From assembly GCA_038087875.1 (NCBI GenBank), contig CM075977.1, positions 274,908,001 through 274,972,000 on the forward strand: a stretch of 64,000 nucleotides of DNA. The letters are read 5' to 3'. Shown here one piece after another: positions 37,586-50,710 of the stretch. The translations under genes were made by a program, and so were the position numbers. The first letter of the stretch is position 1. Each line of letters opens with the position of its first letter. The notes below the pieces were generated by a model that was given only the letters and a program-made list of their open reading frames with translations, was not told the origin of the DNA and made no database searches. The DNA is from Malacoraja senta. Its lineage: Eukaryota.

Positions 37586-38919
37586 TCTAAGTGGACCAAG
37601 GCTGAGAAAAGAATCAGGCAGGATAGGGATTGATGGTGCAGAGGAAAAGGAAAGGATGGCAGGAATACAAGAAAGGGAAAAGAAGAAGGGCAGTATGTGA
37701 GAGAGAAGATGATACTGGGGATGGAGAGTATGTGCTGGAGAAGCTGAGGCTTAATTTTCTCACTCATTTTTGGAACAGTACTGATCTGCAGGAGTACTTA
37801 GCAGAATAATCAGCTGTAAACATGTCTTCTCTGGTCTTCAGCTCAACTCGTTTTCTGCTAACATCTTGGCAAAATGCAGAAGGGATGAATGAATGCAGAT
37901 ACGACTGTATTGAATGTGACACAGAAACTCAGGGTGAAAAATGCATTTTCCCAAGGTTTCTCCAGGTTTTCCATCAAAGTTAGAGTTAACGATTGGGAGC
38001 ATCTGCATGGAAATCTGCCCCATGGAATATGAGTGGTAAAATTCAACTTTTGGTGATGGGGCTGTTTAACCTTCGTCCCATTTTCTCCTGAATGATCTTT
38101 GATGCAAGATAATCAGTGGGAGAGTTAATTTCATCAGCTTTGGACAGGAGTCAGTATCAGATTATGTTAACAAGACCACATCCTACAGCTTGCCTGATCA
38201 ATGCAGTGTGCTATAATTAGGCCTTGAGATACATTTTGCAGTTTACACTGCTACTCTGAGGGACAGTGTCTGCTTTCAGTTTGCTGTTCTCCAGGGAACA
38301 TCCCCGTGTCCTAGTCCATTGGTTTCACATTGTTGCTGCTTTGCATTATTTAACTGTAATGCTCACTGGTTTCAGTAGGCAAGGATTGATAGTCATTCTT
38401 GACACAAGAAAATCAAACTGAAACAGAATGGCCTTTGATCTGTAACTTACAGCAATGTTTGACTTACAAGGTGGGGACTTTCACAAATAGATGACTATTT
38501 GATGCAGGTTAAAATTAACCTTATTGTTCCTGAATGACTCATGATTTGTTGCTACGGTGCTAATTTGTACTCTTAACATTAGATTCTGACTCACTCTTCA
38601 ATATGTGTCCTGTTTGTACTTTGGCTGAAAAGTGTACCCATAGCTTGAAGAGATAGGTGGTAAGGCTCTGAATTAGTCACAAAAATTGCCGATAAAGGCC
38701 CACGCATCTCACCATTCATTACCAATTTATTGCATCTTGTTTTCTCCAGGTTTCTAGTAATCAGAGCTTGCAATCACTGTACCTCGACCCAAAATGTTAC
38801 CTATTCCTTCGCTCCATAGATGCTGCCTCACTCGTTGAGTTTCTCCTGCATTTTTGTCTACCTTGCATCCTTTGTAATCACTGTACCACAAATATTACAA
38901 GCCATCAGATCAAGATATA

Positions 38920-39093
38920 TGTAGGAAGGAACTGCAGATTCTGGTTTACACCAAAGATAGACACAAAATGCTAGAGGAACTCAGCGAGACAGACAGCATC
39001 TCTGGATAGAAGGAATGGGTGACGTTTCGGGTCATCTAAAGTTTGTAGAATGTTCCCGCTAAGTTGCTCCAGCATTTTGTTTCTATCTTCAGT
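38920..39093. mobile_element. Palindromic PLE-derived insertion with 10-bp TSD
   Basis: TCAAGATATA at 38910-38919 and 39094-39103. Confidence 0.75.
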
Positions 39094-39409
39094 TCAAGAT
39101 ATACTATATTTCAATATTTAATCAACTTCATTGTTGGGCCCATGGCCTTAAAAAAAATCTATGCCTTTGATTTGGCATTAAAACAATGACGTGGGTCCCA
39201 TTGTTCAACCCATCGAGAGTGAGAACTTCAATTACAAGATTCATATTGTCAGATCTCCTAGAGTGCTGCCACACTGCTGGTTTCAGCAGAACATTCTCTG
39301 TTGATGTGCTGCAAGTTCCTGAAGTTGTCAACGGTTGGCACGTGGTCTAGCTGCTGTGATCTTTGCAGCTTGATCTTAAATATTCAATTATTTGATGCTG
39401 CTTGCTAGC

Positions 39410-40430
39410 CACAGATGAGGTGCCAGATGATTGAAGGACAGCAAATGTGGTTGATTTATTCAAGAATCAAGTTTTGCAAATACAGGCTAGTGAGTCTTGC
39501 GTCAGTGGTAGTGAAGTTATTGGAAAAATAATTCTGAGGGGCAGGAATACTCTCCACATGAAAATTAAGGATTGATCAAAGATTGTCAGCATGGTTTTGT
39601 TGTGAGGATATGCTATCTAACCAATCTGATCACATTTTTCAAAGAGGTAACAAATGGTATTTATGAGGGCAATGGTATATGTAGCCCGTGTGGACTTCAG
39701 TAAGATGGTCCCATTTGGGAAATTGATCCAACAAGACAGAGCCTATGGAATTCAAGGCAAAGTGGGAGAGTCCAAGACCAGAGACCACAGCCTCAGAATA
39801 AAAGGGTGGAATCTGTGGAATTCGTTGCCACAAGCCGCTGTGGAGGCCAAGTCAATGCATATTTTTACGGCGGAGATTGATAAATTCTTGATTAGAAAGG
39901 GGTTATGAGGTGAAGGCAGGAGAATGGGGTTGAGAAGGAAAGATAGATCAGTCCCTGATTGAATGGTGGAGTAGACCTGGTAGGCTGAATGGCCTAATTC
40001 TGCTCTGAGAAATTATAATCTTATAAATTAATTCTAAAATTTGATTGGTAATAGGAGGAAGAGTGCAATGGTGGAGGATTGTAATTGGGAACCTGTGACT
40101 ATTGATATCACAGATAGATCAGTGCTGAGCTCCATACTGTTATATGGATTAATAATTCAGATGTCAATACAGGAAGCATGATTAATAATGTACCAGATGA
40201 CATGAAAATTGCCAGCATTGGTGATAATGAGGAAGCTAGTCAAAAACTACAGGATGAGATTAACAAATTGGTCAGATGGTCAGAGCAATGGCAGGTGAAA
40301 TTTAAACCTGGTAAGTGTGAAGTAATGCATTTTGAGAACATTAATAAAGTTAAGACATACACAATGAATGGCAGAGCCTCAGGGAGTATTAAGGAACATG
40401 GGGATCTTGTTGTACATGTCTAAGCACCCT
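39410..40430 (+). mobile_element. Degenerate CR1 RT region with a nested younger CR1 3' piece (about 39762-40025)
   Basis: Remnants VDFSKMVP and LQDEINKLVRWSEQWQVKFKPGKCEVMHF. Confidence 0.75.
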
Positions 40431-40475
40431 GTGGATGGCAGCATAAGATGATGAAGAAGGCACACAAAATAAATG

Positions 40476-40699
40476 ACAGACACAGAATGCTGGAGTAACT
40501 CAATGGGACAGGCAACATCTCTGGATAGTAGGAATGGGTGACGTTTTGTGTCAAGACCCTTCTTCAGACTCAGACTTCAGGTCTCGACCCAAAACACCAC
40601 CCATGCCGTCTATCCAGAGATGCTGCTTGTCCCGCTGAGTTGCTCCAGCATTTTGTGTTTATCTTTGGTGTAAACCAGCATCTGCAGTTCCTTCCTGCG
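40476..40699. mobile_element. Palindromic PLE-derived insertion with 11-bp TSD
   Basis: CAAAATAAATG at 40465-40475 and 40700-40710; head-to-head arms. Confidence 0.8.
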
Positions 40700-40712
40700 C
40701 AAAATAAATGGC

Positions 40713-40912
40713 NNNNNNNNNNNNNNNNNNNNNNNNNNNNNNNNNNNNNNNNNNNNNNNNNNNNNNNNNNNNNNNNNNNNNNNNNNNNNNNNNNNNNNNN
40801 NNNNNNNNNNNNNNNNNNNNNNNNNNNNNNNNNNNNNNNNNNNNNNNNNNNNNNNNNNNNNNNNNNNNNNNNNNNNNNNNNNNNNNNNNNNNNNNNNNNN
40901 NNNNNNNNNNNN
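40713..40912. other. Assembly gap (200 N, true size unknown)
   Basis: Run of N directly in the sequence. Confidence 1.
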
Positions 40913-42537
40913 ACATAGAATACAAAAAACCCATCTGAATAAATCTAAAGTATTGGGGGGTCTAGCACTACCTAATTTTATGTATTATTATTGGTCAGTA
41001 AATATTAAAAACATGATTCAACTGATGGACTGGATTGTAATGGAGAAAGAGGATTGCTCCTCTAGAAACATTGGAGCGATCCTCCTCTCTCCAATGAAAT
41101 TGAATAACATAAACTATAATAAGAACCCAATTATTCATAGTACAATCCGTATTTGGAAACAAATAAAACAAAATTTAAAATTAAGAACCTTATCACTTTT
41201 ATTACCTATAGTCAATAACCCTTCGTTTAGTCCTTCTATTATAGATAAAGCTTATACACAATGGGATAGACTAGGAATTAAAACGCTTGGTGACTTGTAT
41301 GAAACTGGAAAATTACTTTCATTTCAACAATTACAAATAAAATATAAACTCGGAAATAATCAATATTTTAAATACTTTCAAATATGCGACTATTTGAAAA
41401 AATATACAAAAGATCATCATAATAACCCAGCAGATGTACTGGACGAGGCAATGCAGATAAAAGCGGAATCAGCAAACTTAATATCATATTTGTACAATAT
41501 TATCTTAAATGCACAAATACCATCTACGGAGAGTATCAGAAGAGACTGGGAACAAGAGTTAGCTATTAAAATTTCAAAGGAAAGTTGGAATGAATACTTA
41601 TTAAAAGTGCATAAATGCTCGATTAATGTAAGACACACTTTAATACAATTTAAAATTTTACATAGATTATATTATTCGAAAACTAAAATTCATAAAATTT
41701 TCCCAAACGTATCATCTATTTGTGATAAATGTCAATCCCAAGAAGCAACTATAGCGCACTCATTTGTCTTCTGTACAAAAATTCAAAAATTTTGGAATGA
41801 AATTTTTGAAATCTTTACAAAGTTATTTAAAACAAGACTGATACCCAAAGCAGAATGGATTATCTTCGGAATAACGGAAGATGATCCAGAACTAAATGTG
41901 TTTCAAAAGAAATTAATGGATTATGGGTTAATAACTGGAAAAAAGCTAATTCTAAAATTTTGGAAGAAGGCTCCAATACCAACTATAAATATGTGGATTT
42001 CAAATATGTTTGAAACATTACACCTTGAAGAGATAAGACTCCTCCTAGCAGGTAAACCAGATCACTTCCACCTGACGTGGTCTGCATTTATAGAATTATT
42101 ACAAACATAGGGTGCAAAAGTACTTTAAAAAAATAAAAAATTGAGGTCGGGTAAGGGGGGATGATAGTTGAAGAGTTGGTATGTCCTATTTACGTGATGC
42201 TCAAAAAAAAACAAAAACATTTGTTTCTCTTTTTTTCTCTTTCTCTTTTCTTTTCTTAGGGCCTATTTCTTAACTCTTTTTCTTTTTGTTTTTAATTTCG
42301 CTCTTATAGGGTCTTCGTCCTTTTTTGTTGTTACATTTTCTACACTTTTCTACACTTGCACTTTTTCCTTCACTTTCTTCTCTCTTTCAATCTTTTCTTT
42401 CTCTAGTGTAAAAAAATAAATAAAGGGAGTACATTAATTGTAAGAAGATATAAATGACGAGTATTAATGTATGTGGTTGTAATGTAATGTACTTCTAATA
42501 AATAAAAATAAAAAAAAATAAAAAAAATAAAAAAAAG
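40913..42537 (+). mobile_element. L1-clade LINE 3' portion: open ORF2 C-terminus (40953-42110), pyrimidine-rich 3' UTR, A-rich tail
   Basis: GGLALPNF..YYW, IQFKILHRLY and zinc knuckle CDKC...HSFVFC; 385 codons without a stop; AATAAA then (AnT)n tail. Confidence 0.9.
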
Positions 42538-42599
42538 AATTGCATAAAAAGGCTCAATTTAATGTCATGCCTGAGAGTTGAACTGCAATTCTATATCAG

Positions 42600-43420
42600 A
42601 GGAAACTCACAGAGCAAGTTGAATCAGTAGTAAGGGGGGCAAATGCAATGTTAGCATTTATTTCGAGAGAACAAAAATATAAAAACAGGGATGTAACACT
42701 GAGGCTTTTTCAGGCACTGATCAGACCACATTTGGAGTATTGTGAATAGTTTTGGGACCCCATATTTGAGGAGGGATGTTGTAGCCATTCCTTCCATCCA
42801 GAGATGCTGCCTGTCCCGCCGAGTTACTCCAGCATTTTGTGCCTGTCTGAGGAGGGATGTGCTGGCATTGGAGAGGGTCCAGAGGAGGTTTAGGTGAATG
42901 ATCCCAGGAAACTCACAGAGCAAGTTGAATCAGTAGTAAGGGAGGCAAATGCAATGTTAGCATTTATTTCAAGAGAACAAAAATATGATGAGTGTTTGAC
43001 AGCACTGGGCCTGTACTCACTGGAGTTTAGAAGGATGAGGGGGGGACCTCATTGAAGCTTATCGAATAATGAAAGGACTGGTTAGAGTGGATGTGGAGAG
43101 GATGTTTCCACTAGTGGGAGATTCTAGGACCAGAGGGCAGAGAATAAAAGGACATACCTTTAGAAAGGAGATGAGGAGGAATTTCTTTAGTCAGAGGATG
43201 ATAAATCGGTGAAATTCATTGCCACAGCCGACTGTGGAGGTAAAGTGATTGGATGTTTTTAAGGCAGAGATAGATAGATACTTGATTAGTATGGGGGGGG
43301 GGGGGGAGAATGGGGTTAGGAGGGAGCAATAGATCAGCCATGAATGAAAGACGAAGTAGACTTGATCTGCTCCTGTGACTTATGGCCTAAATCTGCTCCG
43401 ATGACTTATGAAATTATGAG
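42600..43420 (+). mobile_element. CR1 3' fragment with an internal duplication of about 80 bp and a nested PLE-repeat piece
   Basis: 42601-42680 is repeated at 42907-42986; TGAGGAGGGATGT flanks a PLE-repeat fragment. Confidence 0.75.
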
Positions 43421-43632
43421 CACTTCAACATGAAATCTGGGTGGTTCAGGTAGGAAATATTATAAGGAGTGGCAATTATCAATTATTTGTAGAAAGCTAA
43501 TAGTAATTTGTTGACTCAGTCTCTGATAAGACTCCAGGCATGTAACTTTGAAGGTTAAAAATTAGATTAAATTTATGTTGAAGTTCAACATGTTTTCCTC
43601 GCCATTTAGATTTTCATATTGCATTCTTCACT

Positions 43633-44000
43633 TGTTTAGAGGTACAGCTGGAAACTATATGGCCCACAGAGTCCATGCCAACCATTGATCACCCTCACCC
43701 GAAACTCCACCCGTTCCTTCTCTCCAGTGATGCTGCCTGTCCCGCTGAGTTACTCAAGCTTTTTGTATCAAAACCCATTTACACTAGTTCTATGTTATTC
43801 CACTTTTCCATCAACTCCCTATACACTAGGGGCAATTAACAGACCAATTAACCTACAAACCCACATGTCTTTTTGAGATGTTGGAAGAAACTGGAGGAAA
43901 ACTATCTGCTCACAGGGAGAACCCAAGATCAAGATCGAACTTAGATCTCTGGCGATGTGAGGCATCAGCAGTTCTACCAAATGCGTCACCATGCCGCCCT
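43633..44000 (-). mobile_element. V-SINE with a nested PLE-repeat fragment
   Basis: Reverse-complement SINE head/tail; PLE-repeat piece at about 43695-43770. Confidence 0.65.
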
Positions 44001-44974
44001 CATTATATAGATTTTTCTTCTTGCGTTATATAGAATTTTATAAAAAATAAAACAATAAAACAATTACTTGTGATTGACACAAAAAGTTGGAGTAACTCAG
44101 CGGGTCAGATGGCATCTCTGAGATTTTCAGAACTTGATAAACGACTGTTTCCTCACTGGGATTATGTCTAAGATGTGGGCTCTTTTCTCTCAAAAGAGAC
44201 ATCAGCAGACCTTCAGGGCACAGGGGAGTACGGACATTTCTGGGAACAATAGTGGAAGGTGGGGATTATGAAGGACTGGAAGGTGACATCTCAATGTTGT
44301 AGTTGACATATAGGTGACAATGTTACAGTTGGCAGTGGTTGACAACGTGTGTTAGGCTGATATACCAAAGGGAGAGGTTGAGAATCAGGACAGAGGTTGG
44401 GTAAAATCAAATAGAACTACAAATACTGGAAATCGCAATTAGAAAGAGATAATGCTGGAACCACTCAAGGGGAGATGGTCTCAATGGACAATTCTGCCTA
44501 CATTTTTCCGCTCCTATCCTCACCTGAAACTGGGTGGGATTGTGGAGGAATTATTTCAAGTGATGTAACACTGGAGCTTGAGGGAGGCCTGATGGAAATA
44601 TGCACAATTAAGGTCGTAAGGAATAGGAGTAGAATGAGGCCATTCAGCCCATCAAGTCTACTGCACCATTCAATTGTGGCTGTTCTATCTCTCCTAACCC
44701 CATTCTCCTGCCTTCTCCCCATAACCTCTGACACCCGTACTAATCAGGAACTAATCAACAATTATGAAAGTCAAAGATGGTGTAGACAGTCAGCATCTTT
44801 CTCCCAGGTGTCAAAGATTAAAGGGCATAGGTTCAAGGTGAGACAAACAAACTTTAAACTTTAAATGAAATGTGCGGAACAGGTTTTTTTACACAGAGGT
44901 TGGCGAGTGCCTGGAGCACGCTGCCAGGGGTGGTGGTGGAGGCAGATATGGGCATTCCTCGTTATTTAGTAAAT

Positions 44975-46095
44975 GTGGTTCCCCTCCTTCTGGCATCGAT
45001 GGATCCCTCACCTGCATCTCCTCTGTGTCCTGTAGTTCTGCTCTCGCTCCTCCTCCCACCCCCCCAGATACAACAAAAATAGAATTCCCCTGGTCCTTAC
45101 TCTTCACTCCACCAGCCTCTGCATCCAACACATCATCCTCCAACATTTCCGGCAACTCCTACGTGATTCCGCCACCTGTCAACGTTTTCCAATTTCCACC
45201 CTGTTTCGCCTTCTGCAGAGACTGCTCCCTCTGTGACTCCTTGGTCCACTCATCCCACCCAAACCACCCTCTCCCAAGGTACTTTCCTCTGCAACCGCAG
45301 GAGATGCAACACCTGTCCCTTTACCTCCTCCCTCACCTCCATCCAGGGGCCCCAGCGGTTCTTTCAGGTAGGACATAGGATCACACGCACCTCCTCCAAC
45401 CTCATCTACTGCATCTCAGAGCATCTCAGTTCATGATGTGGCCCCCTGTAATTGGCGAGACCAAGTGTAGACTCGGTGACTGTTTCGCCAAACACTGCGC
45501 TCGGTTGTGCCAAGGCCTGCAGGAACCTTGGTTGCTAACCATTTTAATTCCCATTCCCATTCCCACACTGACCTTTTTGTCCTGGCCTCCTCCATTGCCA
45601 GAGTGAGGCCACACGCAAACTGGAGGACAACACTCACATTACACTTGGATAGCTTGGATAGCTTACAACCCAATGGTATGAACATTGAAGTCTCCAACTT
45701 TAGGTAACCTCCACAACAACACTCCACCACCCACCCTATTCCTGAGCCCTGGCTGATCTTGCACCTAACCCTCCCCCTCCCCTTCTCTCCACCTACATTC
45801 CTAAACAATTCATACCTCAACAATCCTTCAGCTACACCAGTCGCAATGTCTAATCCTTTTGTCTCACACCTTGTGTGTTTATCTCTGGCTTTGTCCAACC
45901 ATCTGCCTGTCAACACCCCCCCCCCCCCCGCCTGTGTTTACCTATGACCTGCATGCATTGTCCTGCGCCTCCACTCATCTAGCTTTCTTTTCCCCGCACA
46001 ACACGTCTAATGTCTGAAGAGATTCCTAACCCATAAGGTCACCTATCCATGTTCTTCAAGGATGCTGGAGTTACTGCAGGATTTTGTGTGTTCTG
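44975..46095 (+). mobile_element. Degenerate PLE (RT end, GIY-YIG, 3' UTR)
   Basis: GTFLCNRRRCNTCPFTSSLTSIQGP...SSNLIYCI; HFNSHSHS; NGMNIE. Confidence 0.85.
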
Positions 46096-46156
46096 TGCTT
46101 GGAGCTCTGAGATTTACATACCATTGCTATCAGGTAGTTCAACAAAGTGTGAATAA

Positions 46157-46267
46157 GACACAAAAAGTTGGAGTCCTTCTCTCCAGCGATGCTACCTGTC
46201 CCGCTGAGTTACTCCAGCTTTTTGTGTCTATCTTCAGCTTAAACCAGCATCAACAGTTCCTTCCTAC
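46157..46267. mobile_element. Short asymmetric palindromic PLE-derived insertion with 15-bp TSD
   Basis: ACAAAGTGTGAATAA at 46142-46156 and 46268-46282. Confidence 0.8.
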
Positions 46268-46339
46268 ACAAAGTGTGAATAATCCAGTTCATAACTCATC
46301 GCACTGACACCAAAATGTGATTGAGATGTCTGCATCAAT

Positions 46340-46636
46340 AGACAATAGACAATAGACAATAGGTGCAGGAGTAGGTCATTCGGCCTTTCGAGCCAGCACC
46401 GCCATTTAATGTGATCTTGGCTGATCATCCCCAATCAGTACCCCGTTCCTGCCTTCTCCCCATATCCCCTGACTCTGCTATCTTTAAGAGCCCTGTCTAG
46501 CTCTTTCTTGAAAGTATCCAGAGAACTGGCCTCCACCGCCCTCTGAGGCAGAGAATTCCACACACTCACAACTCTCTGTGTGAAAAAGTGTTTCCTCGTC
46601 TCCATTCTAAATGGCTTACCCCTTATTTTTAATCAG
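46340..46636 (-). mobile_element. CR1 3' end with 9-bp TSD
   Basis: (CAATAGA)n tail; TGCATCAAT at 46331-46339 and 46637-46645. Confidence 0.8.
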
Positions 46637-46973
46637 TGCATCAATTCCTCTGAAGTTATAAAAGTAGCTCCAAAGAGAAATCAACTAGTTGACTATGTTA
46701 TAAGGAGGTCAACTTTTATTTTAAATAAAATAAAGCAAAGACATTGAATTAAGGGAGACAAGTCAACTCAGTTTGCTGCATTCACGTGTGTGCTTAGGAC
46801 ACACCTAAGAACGTCATGGAACAAAATAAGTAAACAGAATTCACAAAATCACTGTTTAATTGAAACAAACATGCAATCACAATGGGTGCTATTCAATCAT
46901 GCTGATGGTTGGCATTACTTCAAATTTATAACCAGTGGTTGATTCATAAGATCCACAACTATCCTTCTTGTTA

Positions 46974-47214
46974 AGGGCCTGTCCCACTTACACGATTTTT
47001 TCGGCGACTTGCCGGCACCCGTCATAGTCGCAGCAGGACGCCGAAAATGTTCAACATGTTGAAAATCAAGCGGCGACCAGATAAAGGTATGACTGTTTGG
47101 GCAACTACTCATGACCATACAGGCAACAAGTTGCTGGGTGACGCCTGTTTGGTCGTGAGTAGTCGCCCAAAGAGCCGTACCTTTTTCTGGTCGCCGCTGG
47201 ATTTTCAACATGTT
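46974..47214. mobile_element. PIF/Harbinger-type palindromic MITE, right end lost
   Basis: TTA|AGGGCCTGTCCCACT terminus; imperfect internal inverted repeat at 47053-47214. Confidence 0.75.
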
Positions 47215-47928
47215 TGTGAGTGCACCAAGTTTCATTCTGATCGGTGGTCCATTGTAAAAGTTAGCGAGGTTTAAAAATGTTAAAAACCGCGCATGTGCAG
47301 ATCGATCTCCTCTCCTGCCAGTCAGCGCCATGTAGATTGGTCTTTTCTCCTGTCACTCCGCAGGACGGTCCACCCTTCCTGCGCCATCGTGTCTTTACTG
47401 GAGCTGAGGTTGCCGGTGGAGGTTTCCAACCGGACACAATTTTCAGAGGGACTGGAAGCGGCCTGACCGAATTCTACAATTTTAGGTCATCTCTAACAAC
47501 CCTCCCTCTCCCCGGTGTGTGGGCGGGGGGAGGGGTGTGGGGGCGGGATGGGTGTTGGGGCGGGGGGGAGGGGGTTTGTGGGGGGAGGGGTGTGTGTGGG
47601 CGGGGGGGAGAGAGCTCGGAGAAAAGATGGGGGTTGTGGGGGAGAGGGGGGTATTACGGGGGAAGTGGGCAGGAGCCAGCGAGGGGGACCAGAGGGGAAG
47701 GGGCTGGAGCTGGCGGTGCGATGGGGACTCACAGTGGGCGCTGGTCGCTGGACGTTCTCCTCCGCCGGGATCAGATTCTCCGGTTTCCTTTTGGCGACAA
47801 TCTCCCTCCTGGGATAAAGTTCTATCATATCATATCGTATATTAAGGGGTCAACCTTGGTTCATTGATGAGTGATGGAGGAAATGCTGGGAATAGGACCC
47901 GGCATATTTAAAATGGATGAGTTACTAA

Positions 47929-49666
47929 TGGCCCTGTCTCACGGTGCGAGTCCACCCACGAGTGATCCCGAGTTTAAATCAAATCAAACTCGTGGTAATC
48001 ACGTAGAATTAACGTAGCAGTAATGTCGGAACTCGTAACGCTAACGGCAGGTACTCGGGAAAGTTGTTAACTCGTGAAAATCTTTCAACATGATGAAAGA
48101 TTTCCACGAGTCAAATTTACTCTTGAAGTAAATATTTTAAACTTTTAAACTCATTGTAAGAACGTGGTAGCCCGTGCGTTTACCGTAGTGACTCGTGAGT
48201 CTACCGTGGGCACTCTTTAACTCAGCGGGACAGGCAGCATCTCTGGAGAGAAGGAATGGGTGACGGGATGACGTTTCCAAAATTCTGCTGCATCCTTGTG
48301 TTACTCCAGCACTGTGTGTTCACCAGCATCTGCCCTTTCTTGTGTATGACATTATTTGTATCCATGGCAGTTGATTGTCGCTCCCTTTAGTTTCCCAGGG
48401 GGTCGGGACGAGACTGGAGTTGGGAGGGAAAAGTGGGGAGTGGGAGGATGGGGGGGGTTAGGGTGACTTAGTACGGGGGACAAGTGTAGGAGAGGTGTAC
48501 TGACTGTGTGGGCAGACACTTTGGTAGTGATTGCCCATGGGGTTCACTGTCGAGGACTTCATAATGCAGAGAGCATTATAAACAGTTGCCGCAAAAAAAG
48601 ATTTTGTGTGGATCTGGTATATCTGGGTATTGAAGGCGCTTCTGGTCTGCAGTGTGCAATAATCACCAAAATACACTGCATCTTTAGAAAGGAAAAATAC
48701 AAAACATGTCAATCACACTGGATAGGCCTTAGTCATGGTGTTGTACAACACGGAAACTGGTCCTTCGGCCCAGCTTGGCCGTGCCGTCCAAGTTGGCGTC
48801 GGGGTAGTCCTATTTGCCTGCATGTGGCCCATAGCCCTCTAAACCCTTCCCATCCATTGATCTGTCGTTAATAACCTCAAGAAAATATTAAGTCTACGTG
48901 AGCCTGCTTCAGTTTCCTGGGTTCCTCAGAGAGAAGTCCCCCCCTTTCCAGGGTAATCGCTCCACTGTTTATAGTGCTCTCTGCATTATGTAGTCCTCGA
49001 CAGTGAACCCCATGGGCAATCACTACCAAAGTGTCTACCCACACAGTCAGTACACCTCTCCTACACTTGTCTCCCGTACTGTCACCCCAACCACCCCCTC
49101 CCCTCCACTCCCCTCCCATCCCCCCTCCCCCCTCCCATCCCTCCTCCCCCCTCCTCCCTCCCAACTCCAGTCCCGTCCCGACCCCCTGGGAAACTGAAGT
49201 GAGCGACAATCAACTGCCACGGATACAAATAATGTCATACACAAGAAAGGGCAGATGCTGGTTGACAAAAAGTGAACACACAGTGCTGGAGTAACATAAA
49301 GACGCAGCAGAATTTTGGAAACGTCATCCCGTCACCCATTCCTTCTCTCCAGAGATGCTGCCTGTCCCGCTGAGTTAAAAAGTGCCCACTGTAGACTCAC
49401 GAGTCATTACGGTAAACTCACAGGCTACTATGTTCTTAGAACGAGTTTAAAAGTTTAAAATTTTTACTTCAAGTGTAAATTTGACTCGTGGAAATCTTTC
49501 ATCATGTTGAAAGATTTTCACGAGTTAACAAGTTTCCCGAGTACCTGCCGTTAGCATTACGAGTTCCGACGTTCCCACTATGTTAATTCTACGTGATTAC
49601 CACGAGTTTGATTTGTTTCAAACTCGGGATCACTCGTGGGTGAACTTGCACCGTGAGACAGGGGTT
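47929..49666. mobile_element. Fold-back element with 660-700-bp inverted arms and Harbinger-like termini
   Basis: 47929-48586 is roughly 90% (by eye) the reverse complement of 48964-49666; 377-bp spacer; termini CCCTGTCTCAC; flanks TAA and TTA. Confidence 0.85.
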
Positions 49667-49789
49667 TTACACTGTGAAACTGCAACTTGGGACAAAATCT
49701 GTGCTGGACAGCAATACCATAACTGAGGGTATTAGATCAAAGCTCAACAGTCCTTACACATTATGCGTTGAATGATATTGGACAAATGA

Positions 49790-50710
49790 GCATTAACAGC
49801 AATGGAAGGTTGCACAAAAAATCTCATATTCAGTGATGGTGAGGGACAGTGTCTTGTTAAAGACAAGACTGAAGCAGCCACAACTATCTTCTGCCATTTG
49901 TTCCAAATAGATACTTCAGCAAGGCTTCCTCTTAAGTTATCCAGCACCATGAAAGCCCATTGTAACCCAATTCTCCAATTTTAGCTAATCTCTAACAATC
50001 CTCCTTCTCCCCAACCACCCCAACCCTTTCTCCCCCCTACCCTCCCCTCTCCTGTGCCCCACCTGGATTCCCACCTATTTCTCCCCTCCCCCTTTCCATC
50101 CTCATACATTCTTTCCTCTGGCTTCACAATTTGCAACTCTTCAATCAGTCTGTCTCACACCTTCTGCTTTAATCTCTGATCTATGTTTCAACCATCCACC
50201 TGTCAAAAAAAAAAACCTAGCCCATGTCGACCTATTACCTGCCACACTTTGTCCTTGCTCACCTCTCTCCCAGCTTTCTTATCCCACACCCCCACCCCAA
50301 AGAAGGGTCCCGACATGAAAAGTTACCAATCCATGTTCTCCAGAGATGCTGCTTGAGCTGCTGAGTTACTCTAGCACTTTGTGTCCTGCAGTTACTTGTC
50401 CAGATAACTCTCATAGCACCTCAAAGTCTGCAACCTCTGATGTCAAAGAGGACAAGAGCAGCAGGAGCGTGGGAAGATCTTGCCGGCTTTAGCTTTAGTT
50501 GCACATTATCTTGCGGGGAACTATATCAGCAGCCCTTCGTAGCCACTGGAATTAAATCCCATATCCTCCTATGCAATAGCTCTAGATGAGTAACTTCACG
50601 AGCAGATCTGCAACAGTTCAAGGTGGTGTTCACTGTCTAATCAGCCATTAGGGATCGCCATAAATTCTAGTCTTTGCAAAAGCATCAAGATCCAAAAAAG
50701 AAATAAAATA
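49790..50710 (+). mobile_element. Old LINE relic interrupted by a PLE 3' UTR piece (about 49990-50395)
   Basis: NLIFSDGEGQCLVKDKTEAATTIF resembles a recalled chondrichthyan LINE ORF2 segment; A-rich end at about 50700. Confidence 0.45.

Noticed and set aside
40538-40938. ORFs spanning the N run
   Set aside because: Artefacts of the assembly gap.
48600-48712. DAVYFGDY... in ORF 48458-48712 as the ANXA10 N-terminus (cf. MFCGDY)
   Set aside because: Lies in the spacer of the fold-back element, has no suitable donor site, and the similarity is only 3 residues.
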